A program made the translations under genes and the position numbers. Source: Leucoraja ocellata (taxonomy: Eukaryota). From it: a DNA stretch of 64,000 nucleotides. The stretch is taken from NCBI GenBank assembly GCA_036785375.1, contig JAWMAR010000709.1, positions 62,001 to 126,000 on the forward strand, given 5' to 3'. Shown here piece after piece: positions 52,641-64,000 of this stretch. Below the pieces are notes generated by a model. It had not been told where the DNA came from. It was given only the letters and a program-made list of their open reading frames with translations, and searched no databases. Each line of letters starts with the position of its first letter. The first letter of the stretch is position 1.

Positions 52641-53154
52641 ACTGAAACACCAGATCTGCTTCAGCGTGTAATATATTAAGTGCAGTGTTAGTGATGGATT
52701 ATCATACTGCTAATGCTATCACCTGCTTGAGGTAGCAGTTTGGCTAATACTACAGGTATACCCATTGCACACCTAGAAGGAGGTGGACACATTACATCAC
52801 TGGTGTGATATCATATAGTCATCATGAGTTACAGAGCTATAGGGCACAGTAACAAGTCCTTCAGCCCAATGTGTCCATGCCGACCAAGATGTTTATGATA
52901 ATCCCACTTTCCTGCATATGGCCCATAATCCCTCTATTCCTTTTTTATCCATGTACCTGTCAAAATGCTTTTTAAACAATTATCATTGGTACTGCCTCAT
53001 TTTCTGGCATATTAAATATGGATCTGCTTCCTGTAGCAGTTCTTGAATAAAGTTGAATAAATAAATAAATAACAAGAAAAGCTCTTAGATAAAATAAAAA
53101 TCCTAATATTAGTGCAAAACTAAACAAAGGCCTGAATTCCTTAGTGAACCAAGA

Positions 53155-54105
53155 CAGTTCACAGATTGAAGTCTAGCTGATGTTTGTAGTGTTCAATAGC
53201 CTGTTGTTTGTTGGGAAGAAGCTGTTCTTGAACCTGGGAGTCACGGTTTTCTGACTCCCATACCTTCTCTATGGTAGGAGTGAAGTAAGAGTGTGGCCAG
53301 TGTGGTGTGGATCTTTGATGATGCTGTCTGCCTTTTTGGGGCATTGCCTCCTGCAGATTATTTTGTTGATGGGGAGGTCAGTCAGTGCCTATGATGGACT
53401 GGACAGCGTCCACCACTTTTTGTAATCTCCTTCATTCCTTGGCATTTGAGTTGCTGAACCAGGCTGCGATGCAACCAGTCAATATGATCTCTACCGTACA
53501 CCTGTAGAAGTTCAAGAGATTATACGATGTCATACAAAATATCCTCAATCATCTCAGGAAGTAGAGGCATTGAATGGCTTTCTTTATGAGTGTGCTGGTT
53601 CCAGGACAGATCTCCAGAGATATGCATGCCCAGGAACTTGAAGTTGTTGACTCTCTCCATCCTCGACCCATCAATGAAATCAGGTTTGTTGGAATCATTG
53701 GCCTTCCTCATATTAAATCAACTATCAGGTCCTTGGTCTTACTGATATTAGGAAAGAGGTTGTTGGTCTTGCATCATTCAATCAGATGATTGATCTCCCT
53801 CCTATACACTCTGACCATTCATTAACCAGAATTCATCCAACAGTGGTGTCACTGCGAATTTAAAGATGGAGTTGGAACTTTGTCCGTTTACACAGTCATG
53901 GGAATACAGTGAGTAGAACAGGGGACTGACCACACACCCTTGAGGAGCTCCTGTGCTGATGGTTATTGAGGAGGACATGCTGTTGCCAATTCGTACCAAT
54001 TCTGATCAGTTGATGAGGAAGTTGAGGATCCAGTTGCAATGGGATGCACAGAGACCCAATCATTCAGCTTTGTAACAAGAATGGAAGGGATGATTGTATT
54101 GAACG
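53155..54105 (-). mobile_element. Rex1-clade LINE RT fragment
   Basis: STGAPQGCVVSPLFYSLYSHDC and FKFLGMHISGDLSW motifs. Confidence 0.82.
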
Positions 54106-54477
54106 TCGAGTGGTAGTCTTTTTTAATTTTTCAACAATCTTGTTGAACTGCAGTGGTGCATTTCAGCTTAAGGTATTGCTGCTGAGACTGCTCCATGAAG
54201 CAGGGCAGTTTACTTGCAGCAACTGAGACTCAGGTGTTAGAAACTGAGGTTTGCCCCTGGATTAGCCTAGTGGCCTAAAGCAGATCTAAGGGCTTTTCTT
54301 TGCATTATATCTGATGATCAGACAGGTCGAAACAGTTGAAATGGATCTAAATATTAAAGATATTAAATATTTAAAAACACATTTTGCACATAGAAATTAA
54401 TGTTAAAAAGTTAATTAAAGTAAGGAGAAAAAGCAAAATACTTTTTATTACTTAACTTTCCCATCAGAGTTAACTGT

Positions 54478-54968
54478 AGAAACATAGAAAATAAGTGCAG
54501 TAGTAGGCCATTCAGCCCTTTGAGTCAGCACTGCCATTCAATATAGTCATGGCTGATCATCCAAAATCCGTACCCTGTTCCTGCTTTTTCCCCATATCCC
54601 TTGATTCCGTTAGCCCTAAGAGCTAAATCTAACTATCTCTTGAAAACATTAATTGAATTGGCCTCCACTGCCTTCTGTGGCGGAGAATTCCACAGATTCA
54701 CAACTCTCTGGGTGAATAAGTTTGTCCTCATCTCAGTCCTTATTCTTAAACTGTGACCCCTGGTTCTGGACTCCCCCAACATTGGGAACATTTTTCCTAC
54801 ATCTAGCCTGTCGAATCCCATAAGAATTTTATATGTTTCTTTAATATATCCTCTCATCCTTCAAATTTCCAGTGAATACAAGTTCAGTCGACCCATTCTT
54901 TCATCATATGTCAGTCCCGCCATCCTGGGAATTAACCTGGTGAAACTATGCTGCATTCCCTCAATAGT
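54478..54968 (-). mobile_element. CR1 LINE 3' end
   Basis: RTRGHSL and FTQRVVNLWNSPP motifs. Confidence 0.85.
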
Positions 54969-56824
54969 AAGATGGGGTTGGTGACCCCATTGCAATGAAT
55001 GAGACGTTGCTAGATGCAATGGCATAATGACGAGGGATTGGATAACCAGCTTATCCAGTCTTTTCTTTGGCTGACTGGGAACCACCAGAGAGTTCATGGT
55101 GAATCCAGGGTGGAGCACGGGATCAGCTGTCCTGGCATGGCTGAATGTCAGGAAATGCTAACAGATGTACTCTGGAACAGCCAGCTCACATTCAGCTTGA
55201 TCCTGACAATCAGTGTCAAAGCGGGGAACGTGTAGTCCAGGAGCTTTAACAAAGCCTTAACACATCCTTTATACTGCATGATGAATTGCCTTCAGTTTCT
55301 TTGAAACAGTTCTTAATCTCTGGCAAAAGTATTTCAACTGTAATTGCATTAAGATTAGCATCCAGGTGCAGTAGCTTCTGAAGTACAAAAAGATGTGTTT
55401 GATTTGGACCAAAAAGTAAATAGCTAGATGAACTGGACATTTCTGTTCACAGATGTGGCCTGACCCGCTGAGTTCCTCCAGCATTTTGTTTTTGCTCAAG
55501 ATTCCGGCATCTGCAGTCCCTTGTGACTGGGCGGTGTTGTTTCTATCCTGACTTGGATTAGTTTAGCTCTTTCTATCTGAATTTTGCAAAAACATCATTG
55601 CATCCTTTTGGGTAATGGTGCTTCCTGCAAGCCTTAAATCACTACTTCCATGTGAGCGTTCCTTCTCGTTCACCTAATATTTTAAATATTTTTACCCATT
55701 CATCAAATATCTATATCTTTTTTTTTTTATCATTTCTTGTTTGTCATCTCTAATATATGAGGTGTATTGTTGCCATTCAACTGTGCCCAGTTTTTATTAT
55801 TTAAGCACTTTTCAGTTCACTCTACTTGTCAGGGTATCGCATAATTTCTTCCTTAGCCTTGGAATATTATATATTAAATGCCCAACAGATAAACTAATGT
55901 AGTTCAAGCAAATAAAATGGACTATCTTTTAACTTTCACTCCATCAGATTGCCATTTATTTGTGAATACTTTTAGATGTAGTTCAAATTGGTTTTGACTG
56001 AGCATAATGCCATTGCTCTGAATCTGGGCAGCAAACTGCATCTCTCTGGAATCGTGGGGGTACAGTAACAAAGACAACTAAGAGGGTTTCAGCAACAAAT
56101 AAACATGAAATAAACATTAACAAGGTGGAAACTGGCATTCTGAATGATTGTGCTAACTAAACTTTCCTCAATTGCTAACTAAATCCTGATGGTCAAAAAT
56201 GACACCAATTACCTTATCCATTAGCTAATGCTGATAAAACTCTCAGGGGATAGATAACTGGCCTTATCAGGCATATGTCAGATATTTTGTGCGTTTATTA
56301 CATTGCTGTGCAATAATCACAATGTGTCAGAAATAGCATTGTCAGTCCTGTGCAAAGTTTGACCATGTGCTGCTGTAACTTTCTTTCTATTATCATAAAT
56401 AATTTGATGACAGTTGTTATACCGAATAATCTTATTACCACAAGGTTAGAATGACATTCATTTAGATACTGTTGTGATATAAAAAGCATTGCTAAATAGC
56501 TTCTTTTTTAACATCTAAGAATTGCTCGACATAAGCTTGAAACCCACTACAAAACACAGCTACAACAACTTTTATTTATATAGCTATTTTAATATAGCAG
56601 ATTCAGGTATTATATCAGAGTAATTCACTATACGATACCCTGGCATTCGTTTGGAAATGTATTATCCTGCTGTTTGCATAATTTGTTAATCATTTCTTAT
56701 CTGCATCACCAGAAACCCATGTGCGTCTTCGTTCATTAAGTAGCTATCTATGTTATCATAATGAAAGTGGTGCACTCATTCCTTATTGTATCCAACGTGT
56801 ACTTTCTGAAATAATGCTGATTCA

Positions 56825-57352
56825 TAGAGTCATAGAGTGATACTGTGTGGAAACAGGCCCTTTGTCCCAACTTACCCACACCAGCCAAAAGGTCTCAGCT
56901 ATACTAGTCCCACCTGCCTGAGTTTGGTCCATAACCCTCCAGAGCTGTCTTATCTGTGTACCTATCTAATGGCTTCCTAAATGTTGGGATAATCCCTGCC
57001 TCAACTACCGCCTCTGGCAGCATGTTCCATACACCCACCATCCTTTGTGTGAAAAAGTTACCCCTCAGATTCATATTCAATCTTTTCCCCTTTACCTTTA
57101 ACTTATGTCCTCTGGTCCTTGATTCACCTACTCCGGCCAAGAGACTCTGTGCATCTACCAAATCTATTCCTCTCATCATTTAATATACTTCAATAAGATC
57201 ATTCCTCATCCTCCTGCACTCCAAGGAATAGAGTCCCAGCCTACACAACCTCTCCCTATAGCTCAGACCTTCTAACCGTGGCAACATTCTTGTAAATCTT
57301 CTCTGTACCCTTTCCAGCTTGACAACATCGTTCCTGTAACAGGCTGAACATT
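56825..57352 (-). mobile_element. CR1 LINE 3' end
   Basis: LERVQRRFTRMLP, RTRGHKL and FFTQRMVGVWN motifs. Confidence 0.88.
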
Positions 57353-57711
57353 CCAGAGGTGACAATCAGTGGTTTGAATACAACTATGGTAGAATCAGAC
57401 CATTATTAACCTGACAACATAATAAAATAACTACAAACAAAACAATTATATGTATGTGATACCTGTCAAGTGATTTGCACGTCTATGGTGGTTAAAATAA
57501 TTTGAAAATGAGGAGATGTAGTTATACGTAAATGTATGTGATAATAAGCCGCAAGCAGGGTTAGAGAGAAGAGTATTAGCCTCCAGGTGAAGATATTTAC
57601 TGATAATCTATTCTCTATCTTATTCTCTTCATAATGGAATAAAATGAAAGCTTTCTTTTCATTAATTGTTAACGTTAATTAGCTCAATGTAAATTTAGTA
57701 TATATAGAGTA

Positions 57712-58140
57712 TGTAAATAGCTCGTTCTAAGCTTCCCCCCCTAGTCTAGTTTCAGTCAATAAAATACTGAGTCACGCACTTGCGCAACTAATCTTTATTT
57801 TGGAAAAAACACAATAACAGTTCCCACTACTAACCACCACGGGTTCGATCCTCGTATCTGCCTGGCCAAGCCCTCCTAGCCTCATTCAAGCAGACACTCC
57901 AGAAGGTCACGCAGTCCTAAGAATTCTCCCAGAAGATCGACACAGAACCTCGTTGGAGCAGCCTTTTATAAGTCCCCGAACCTTGAGGGGCCAAACCACA
58001 TGGGGGTGGTCTCTTTAAAGTCCAATAACAGATATCGATTAACACAATACACATTTCCATAACCCAATAATACAGTAATTAACACATTGTATTCAAACAG
58101 AGTTTCTGGAAGGAAGCAAACAAGAATAAACATTGAAACA
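57712..58140 (-). mobile_element. LTR-like segment at the 3' end of the ERV
   Basis: Minus-strand TATAAAA (57964-57970) followed by AATAAA (57794-57799). TG...CA limits are approximate; no TSD or matching 5' LTR found. Confidence 0.5.
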
Positions 58141-58159
58141 TGTGCCCTGAGATTCACGC

Positions 58160-60600
58160 AGTTTCTCCAAGGCTCAACTTCTGATCCTTTCCTCACCCAA
58201 GTCTTCACTAAGACATAGTCTCCAGGTTTTACTTTAATGGGAGTTACTAATGAAGGCATATCATCATAGGCTGCTCTCACTGCACAATGTAAATCCCTTA
58301 AGGCTCTGGTCAAGGCTGAGATGTAGTCGGTCATCTCTGCAGTCATATGGTGGAAATTAACTATTTTCATTGCATTCTGGTTCCAAGGGGTTTTTAACGG
58401 CCTGCCGTAAATAATTTCAGCTGTGTTTAATCTAGATTTCCCTGCAAGCATGACTCATCTGAAATAGTGCTATTGGGAGTAATTTAATCCATCCGAGTCC
58501 AGTCTCCACCTTTAATTTGGCTAATTTAGTTTCAAGGGTCTGGTTTGCCCTTTCTACGAGTCCATCAGCCTGTGGTCGAAAAGCACAGTGTAATTGCTGC
58601 TGGATCCCCAGCTGCTCACAAAACTCTTTATTGATTTGTCCAATAAAGTGTGGACCATTATCTGAGCTAAGTCGAATGGGAATGCTGAATCTAGGGACAA
58701 TTTCTCTCATTAGCACCTTGACAACAGTAGCAGCTTTATTGTCAAGGGTCAGGCATGTTTCGATGCACTGGCTGAATACATTGACTATCACAAGAATGTA
58801 TTTATATCCTTGGCATTTTCCTAGTTCAATATAGTCCATTAGCAATGTCGCAAAAGGACCCTTAGGCAATGGGGTTTTCCCTCCTTCACACCCTACTCCT
58901 TTCACTGGATTGTATTTCTGGCAGACCAGACAATTACTGCTTACCTCTGAGCAAAGTATTGTAATTTTGGATGCCACCAAGTAGCCAATATAGTGTCCTC
59001 TACTGCCCTTGCACCGCAATAGTGTGCATAGTGCATACGGCTAATGAGTTGGTGGGAAGGCAATTTAATAAGATGGCACAATATTGAGGGGAATTTACTC
59101 CATTTCTGTAATTTAAGTCACCCGATTGGTCAATATATAATTCAGAGAAACGCTCTGAAAATTAATCTGCTCCTTCTCCCCTTTTTGGTCTTACATCTAG
59201 TATTCTGGCCAAATCGATTGGTTTTTGAAGGGTGTTTGCAAGGGTTGTTAAAACAACCTCTTCCCTTGCACCATTGTCCGCTATTATATTTGCGAGAGCT
59301 TCATGTGACGGATGCCGTAAATTCATTAGGAATCGGGTGTGCTCACTTGGGGTAATTATTTACTGGATCACCGCCCATAAATCTCGGGAATCTGCGTATA
59401 AACACGCATTGTAGTTCTAAGTGATCCACAAAGAAGAGGGTGACTTTCTATGATCGGGTATCGGACTTAAAATATCCATCATCTCGTTAGGCTTGCATGG
59501 GGAATAGACTCTAATTGTACGGGGATTATTTGCACTCATTGCGTTGGTTGGATCAAAAGAAACAATAGGCATTTCCCTTACAGGGAACAGTCTAAGGGTT
59601 TTTTGTTTAGTTTCAAGATCTACCTTGGCTTCTTCAATGGTTGTCTCACCCCCAGATGTATCTTCCCCTTCACCAGGGGGTTCTTGGTACCTTCTAAATG
59701 ATGTATTTCCTTCTCTAATTGCTCGTCCAATTTGTCTAGGGGTACGCTCTTCTTTCTCCTTAACTAATTGAGTTTTTTTCAAGATTGGCTACTGGTAGCA
59801 TGTACTCTAGGACTATCTGTAATCAATGGAGCGGTGGGGTTTAAGGAAGTCTGTGCCATGGAATCTAATTGTCTATTCCGTTCACAAGTTCCACAGTGTG
59901 CATCCGAGGTATTGGGATTGTAAGGTGAATAAGGTGGGGAATGTGAATTCCTAATTTTAACACTTTCCCAATCTTCTAAATAATCATTGCCATCCCTCTT
60001 GTAACCAGTGCCAACCATCAGATCCTCACGCTTTAAACTTATGGAAGCCAGTTTCTCTGTGGAAGATTTTCTTTTCCCCTTATCTTTAATCCTCTCGGGC
60101 TCCTCCATTAGGCTACCTGGAGGTTCAAATGCTTCATTATCCTCTAATTTTATCCCCCGCTTTAGTTGCTTCCTTCCAACTTACCATTGTTTCCACCGCT
60201 CTACTCGCTTTCTGTTCCTCGTTATAATTTTTCCCCAATTCAATTAATTATTTTACCTCTGCACTACCGCTGCATTGCCAGACAATCTGCTCAATGTATT
60301 TCAATCCCTTTACTGTATCTATGCCCCCTTTGGGCCATAATTCGCTCCCTAATTCTCTATTTAATACTCCGGAAAGTATTCTCAATTGGTCAGCTTTTTG
60401 TGGAATTTCACTGCATATTTCTTGTAACGGACTTTCCGAGTCAGCAGTCATATCTTTATTTACGTGGTTCCCCATTCTATTGGATATGGAAGCAACTCTC
60501 AAGCTACTTGCACTTCTTAACAATCTTCCCCTTTCTAATTTCAAATTTAGTCATTTTTAAACAATATTCAAAAATTAAGGTGCTCCAGGAAACAACCAAC
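58160..60600 (-). mobile_element. Endogenous retrovirus (epsilon/gamma-like), gag + integrase only
   Basis: Gag starts MGNH (ATG 60475) with a WPKGG matrix motif and a capsid-like VYSP..P.E...I...IPD; GRGCFN knuckle start. Integrase HHCC (HYAH...CLVC) and D-D-E core (MDYIEL, SSDNGPHF, GLVERANQTL). Confidence 0.88.
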
Positions 60601-61811
60601 CACAATCACACACATTCCTGCTACCCGTTTCCTATCTCCAACCTTAATCTAAGCGCATGCAAATAAGCTCTAAACACACAAACAAAATTGAATACAGAAA
60701 ATAAATTATTCCACATTATAAATATGCCTAACCACATTGCTGAATAAACCATAGGCACTCGTCTAATAGAGCATTTGTCAACTATATAGTCTCAAAATTA
60801 AATCGCTGTATTCTCAATACCTCCTCGTGGTTGGCACGGTCAGAGTAGAAGTATAGGACTCATAAACTGCAGTACTATGATGAGAGTGTGCACTGTGCTC
60901 TCAGATACCACAGGAAACAACTGCCTGATATACAATACATAACAGTTTAAGATTTTGTATTGCTTCACTAATATGAATTTCAGCACGTAATCAATTGTGT
61001 AAACAAGCTAGAAATATTTAATATCAATGAAAAATAATGATTTAGTTTTCCTTCCAGCAGACACAGCTGTTTTAATTGCGTGCTGTAGAACTTACTGTAG
61101 AAAACTAAATCAGTTATAACTTATAAGTGGACATATTGTGCCCCAGGGATATAATTAACAGGGGTTGTCTAATTAATAAGGATGCATGGCAGCCTTTGAT
61201 ATTTTGCACTGAAATCATCATCTGAGCTACAATAATCAAAATGTTTTGATGCACAAATCCAAAAGAACAAAGGAAGTTGAAAAAATCTCATCTTTGATAA
61301 ATGATATAGATTCTGACATCACCATTTGGGATAATTCCAATGTGTGACAATGTTTTCCACAAGGGATCCCCAGTCTCTTGATTTGTAAATCGCGAGCCCC
61401 CCATTCTTTAGCCCCACATTGTTTGTGGAGGTTTATTAAGCGGTAATACTGCTTGCTCTGACAAAAAGATAAACCAAAATCTCATTGAATGGCAGGAACA
61501 TTTCAAAGGGCCACAAGGCCTACTCTATTGACAGTGCATACTTCAAGAGGATGGCCTGTGCATGTCAGGTTGAAGATGGTATCAGACATAATGGAGAACA
61601 GATAACCTGGCAAAGCTTTTCACTCTATGAGGGAGGATGGTTGATGAGAGAGCAGATTTGTTAATTCACTTGCAGGGGCACCTTGAGTCACCCAGGATAA
61701 ACTATTCAACTGTCAAAATATGCAGCAGAAATAGTAGCAAGGGACTGCTGTGCCATTCTGTTAGGCTAGGTGTCTGCTTTGTTCCTTTTCCCCTTGTGAT
61801 CCCCGATGAGC

Positions 61812-62200
61812 CATAGAGTTGGAGTGATACAGCATGGCAACATGCCCTTCGGCCCAACTTGCCCAAACCAGCCAACATGTTCCAGCTACCTCCCACCTAC
61901 CTGCGCTCGTCCCATATCCCACCAAACCTGTCCTATCCATGTACATGTCTAAATGTTTCTTAAACTTTGGGATAGTCCCTGCCTCAAATGCCTCATCTGG
62001 CAGCTTGCTCCAAACCCCCACCACCCTTTGTCTGAAAAAGTTACCCCTCAGATTCCTATTAAATCTTTTCTCCTTCACTTTAAACCAAGGAACAGAATCA
62101 CAGCCTACTCAATCTCTCCCTATATCTCAGACCTTCTAGTCCTGGCAACATCCTCGTAAATGTTCTCTGTACCCTTTCCAGCTTGACAATATTTTGCTTA
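61812..62200 (-). mobile_element. CR1 LINE 3' end
   Basis: FFRQRVVGVWSKLP; same subfamily tail as 56825. Confidence 0.85.
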
Positions 62201-62303
62201 CAAAAAAACCCTATCAACCTCATCCTTCACTATTATTAATGCTGAGCAACCAAAGCCTTCCAAGGAAATAAAAATATTGAAAGGCATTGTAGTGTATATA
62301 ATG

Positions 62304-62425
62304 TTTAAGAAGGAACTGCAGATGCTGGAAAATCGAAGGTAGACAAAAATGCTGTAGAAACTCAGCGGGTGAGGCAGCATCTATGGAGCGAAGGAAATAG
62401 GCAACGTTTCGGGTCGAGACCCTTC
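62304..62425 (-). mobile_element. Short Penelope-type terminal insertion with 14-bp TSD
   Basis: tagtgtatataatg on both sides; the element is truncated inside the hammerhead-like core. Confidence 0.78.
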
Positions 62426-63394
62426 TAGTGTATATAATGGTGACTGTATCTTTAAGAACTGAGTACCAGAATGGTGTGATTGTGATATATTAATTATCTT
62501 ATCAGTCTCGTGAATATGTGTGAGCATGCTCAGTGTAAATTAATAAAAAAATAAAGAAGTCCTACGCTGGCAAAGGCTTGTCTGAGAACATGTGCTTAGC
62601 TTTTAGAACCCTACATGCCACGATTGTAATATCTTACATGCATAATGTTGTAAACTAAAGCAAATGTAGCCATTACAAAGTTCCAGAACAAATTTTCAGC
62701 AAGTTCATTTTTGTCCTTTGTATCTCCCTAAATAAAGAGGAACAGAATATTTGGTTACTAATGTGGTGTCAGGCCAAGCAATATTGCCTCAAGTTGGCTT
62801 GGTCCTCACGAAAGTCCAGACATGTGGGGTGCAGTGGCAGGTTTGCACAAATCAATTCTTATATCTTATATTATATTTTAAAATAATTTAAGTTACTTTG
62901 AACCATATCTGACTATCAAAGGCATTTAAAACAACAAGATACTGGTGCTGAGGCCTCCGTGATACAGTGCCTTAGGCCAACTTGTTCCTAAAATTAACGG
63001 CACCTCATGAGATATCCCTCAGGTGTGCAGGGTCAGCTCATCCAACTGCTCAGGGTAGGAGCAAGCTGGTTGGTTGTGTTCCCACCTTCTTCAGCCCATT
63101 AGTTCTCCAGTTATCTCTGAAGTACAAATCTGAAATCTGTGGTGCATGAATGGATTTGTAATAGTAGAGTGCAAGCTGGTATAAATATTACATAGTTTGC
63201 TTTCATTTAGTTAAGGAGTGTACTGAACCACAAATGGAACAGAAATTAAATATTAATTGTAGCCATCAGCACAGACATATTTTTTAAAAACCAGGAAGTC
63301 TGAACAGAAATTTTCAAACAGATATGCGATTCTTAAAGGCATTTATGGATTTTCAGGCATTTATGGATTCTTTATGTCCATTACCTTATTTATG

Positions 63395-64000
63395 TAGGTA
63401 TGTTACAAAACTTACCTTCAGCAGCGCTGCAGTTCTGCCACTGGCCGTGTGCGCGACTTTGGTACCTTTGAGAGGGGGGCATGATTAAAATGCCGTTTTC
63501 TCCTGCCTGTCGACCGATTTTCTTAGGCTGTTTAGTTGCTGCAGAGAAATCGCTCCAACATCCGTTCTTTCAAGTTTTTTAAAAACATCGCTGGATAATT
63601 TAATTGCTGGAGCAAAATAAAAATCGACTTCTAACGCCATCAACGCCGTCAACCCCGACAACGGGACGGATCTCCCGTACGGGACAGATAAAGGTAAGCC
63701 ATTTAATTTACATGTAAACTTGCTTCTTAGGATTACTTTAATCCAAATTTTACATAGCAAAAAGGTGATTTAGGCCCCATAGGAACCGGCAGTGTTTTTC
63801 CTGCCGATATGGGGTTTAAATTCACCGCAAACCGCAACGTTCCAACCGATCCCGTTCCACAAAATCCCACTCGTAAGATGATTAAAATGGCTTTAATTTA
63901 CACGAATTAAACACTAAATTCCTTCCATTTGGCCTATAAATTCATGACAATGAGATTTAAAAATCATGCTATATTGTCAATCCTTGTGTGAATGTTATTT
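63395..64000. mobile_element. Second copy of the TAG-terminus MITE (runs off window)
   Basis: taggtatgttacaaaacttaccttcagcagcgctgcag; colinear with 18447 onward. Confidence 0.88.

Noticed and set aside
54970-55380. Exon-like minus-strand segment (KLLHLDANLNAITVEILLPEIK...)
   Set aside because: Short frames ending in stops, no recognisable homology and no partner exons.

Overview
Repeat-rich vertebrate genomic DNA. The repeat landscape (CR1, Rex1, Penelope-type termini, tRNA-SINEs) suggests a cartilaginous fish, probably a skate or ray; this is inference. One protein-coding gene is well supported: a minus-strand HMG20-family gene (HMG20B/BRAF35-like HMG box plus coiled coil). Six exons and one candidate microexon are traced by GT-AG boundaries and phase between 16931 and 36889. 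The start-codon exon is unresolved, and a CpG island near 46.9-47.1 kb is the likely promoter. The rest is nested transposon debris: CR1, Rex1, RTE-X, a HERO-type RLE retroelement, Tc1, hAT, a Helitron, Penelope termini carrying hammerhead-ribozyme-like cores, an internally deleted ERV and a 28S rRNA fragment. The most notable observations are: (1) a HERO element flanked by a ~430-bp direct duplication that copied a splice acceptor and exon start, with an RTE-X inserted exactly at the copied acceptor; (2) a dispersed family of minimal hammerhead motifs; (3) a 28S rRNA piece captured between two inverted hammerhead halves; (4) an HMG20 protein with an AT-hook-like motif and a mixed A/B-like sequence. 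All family assignments are from motif recognition by eye; no searches were run.
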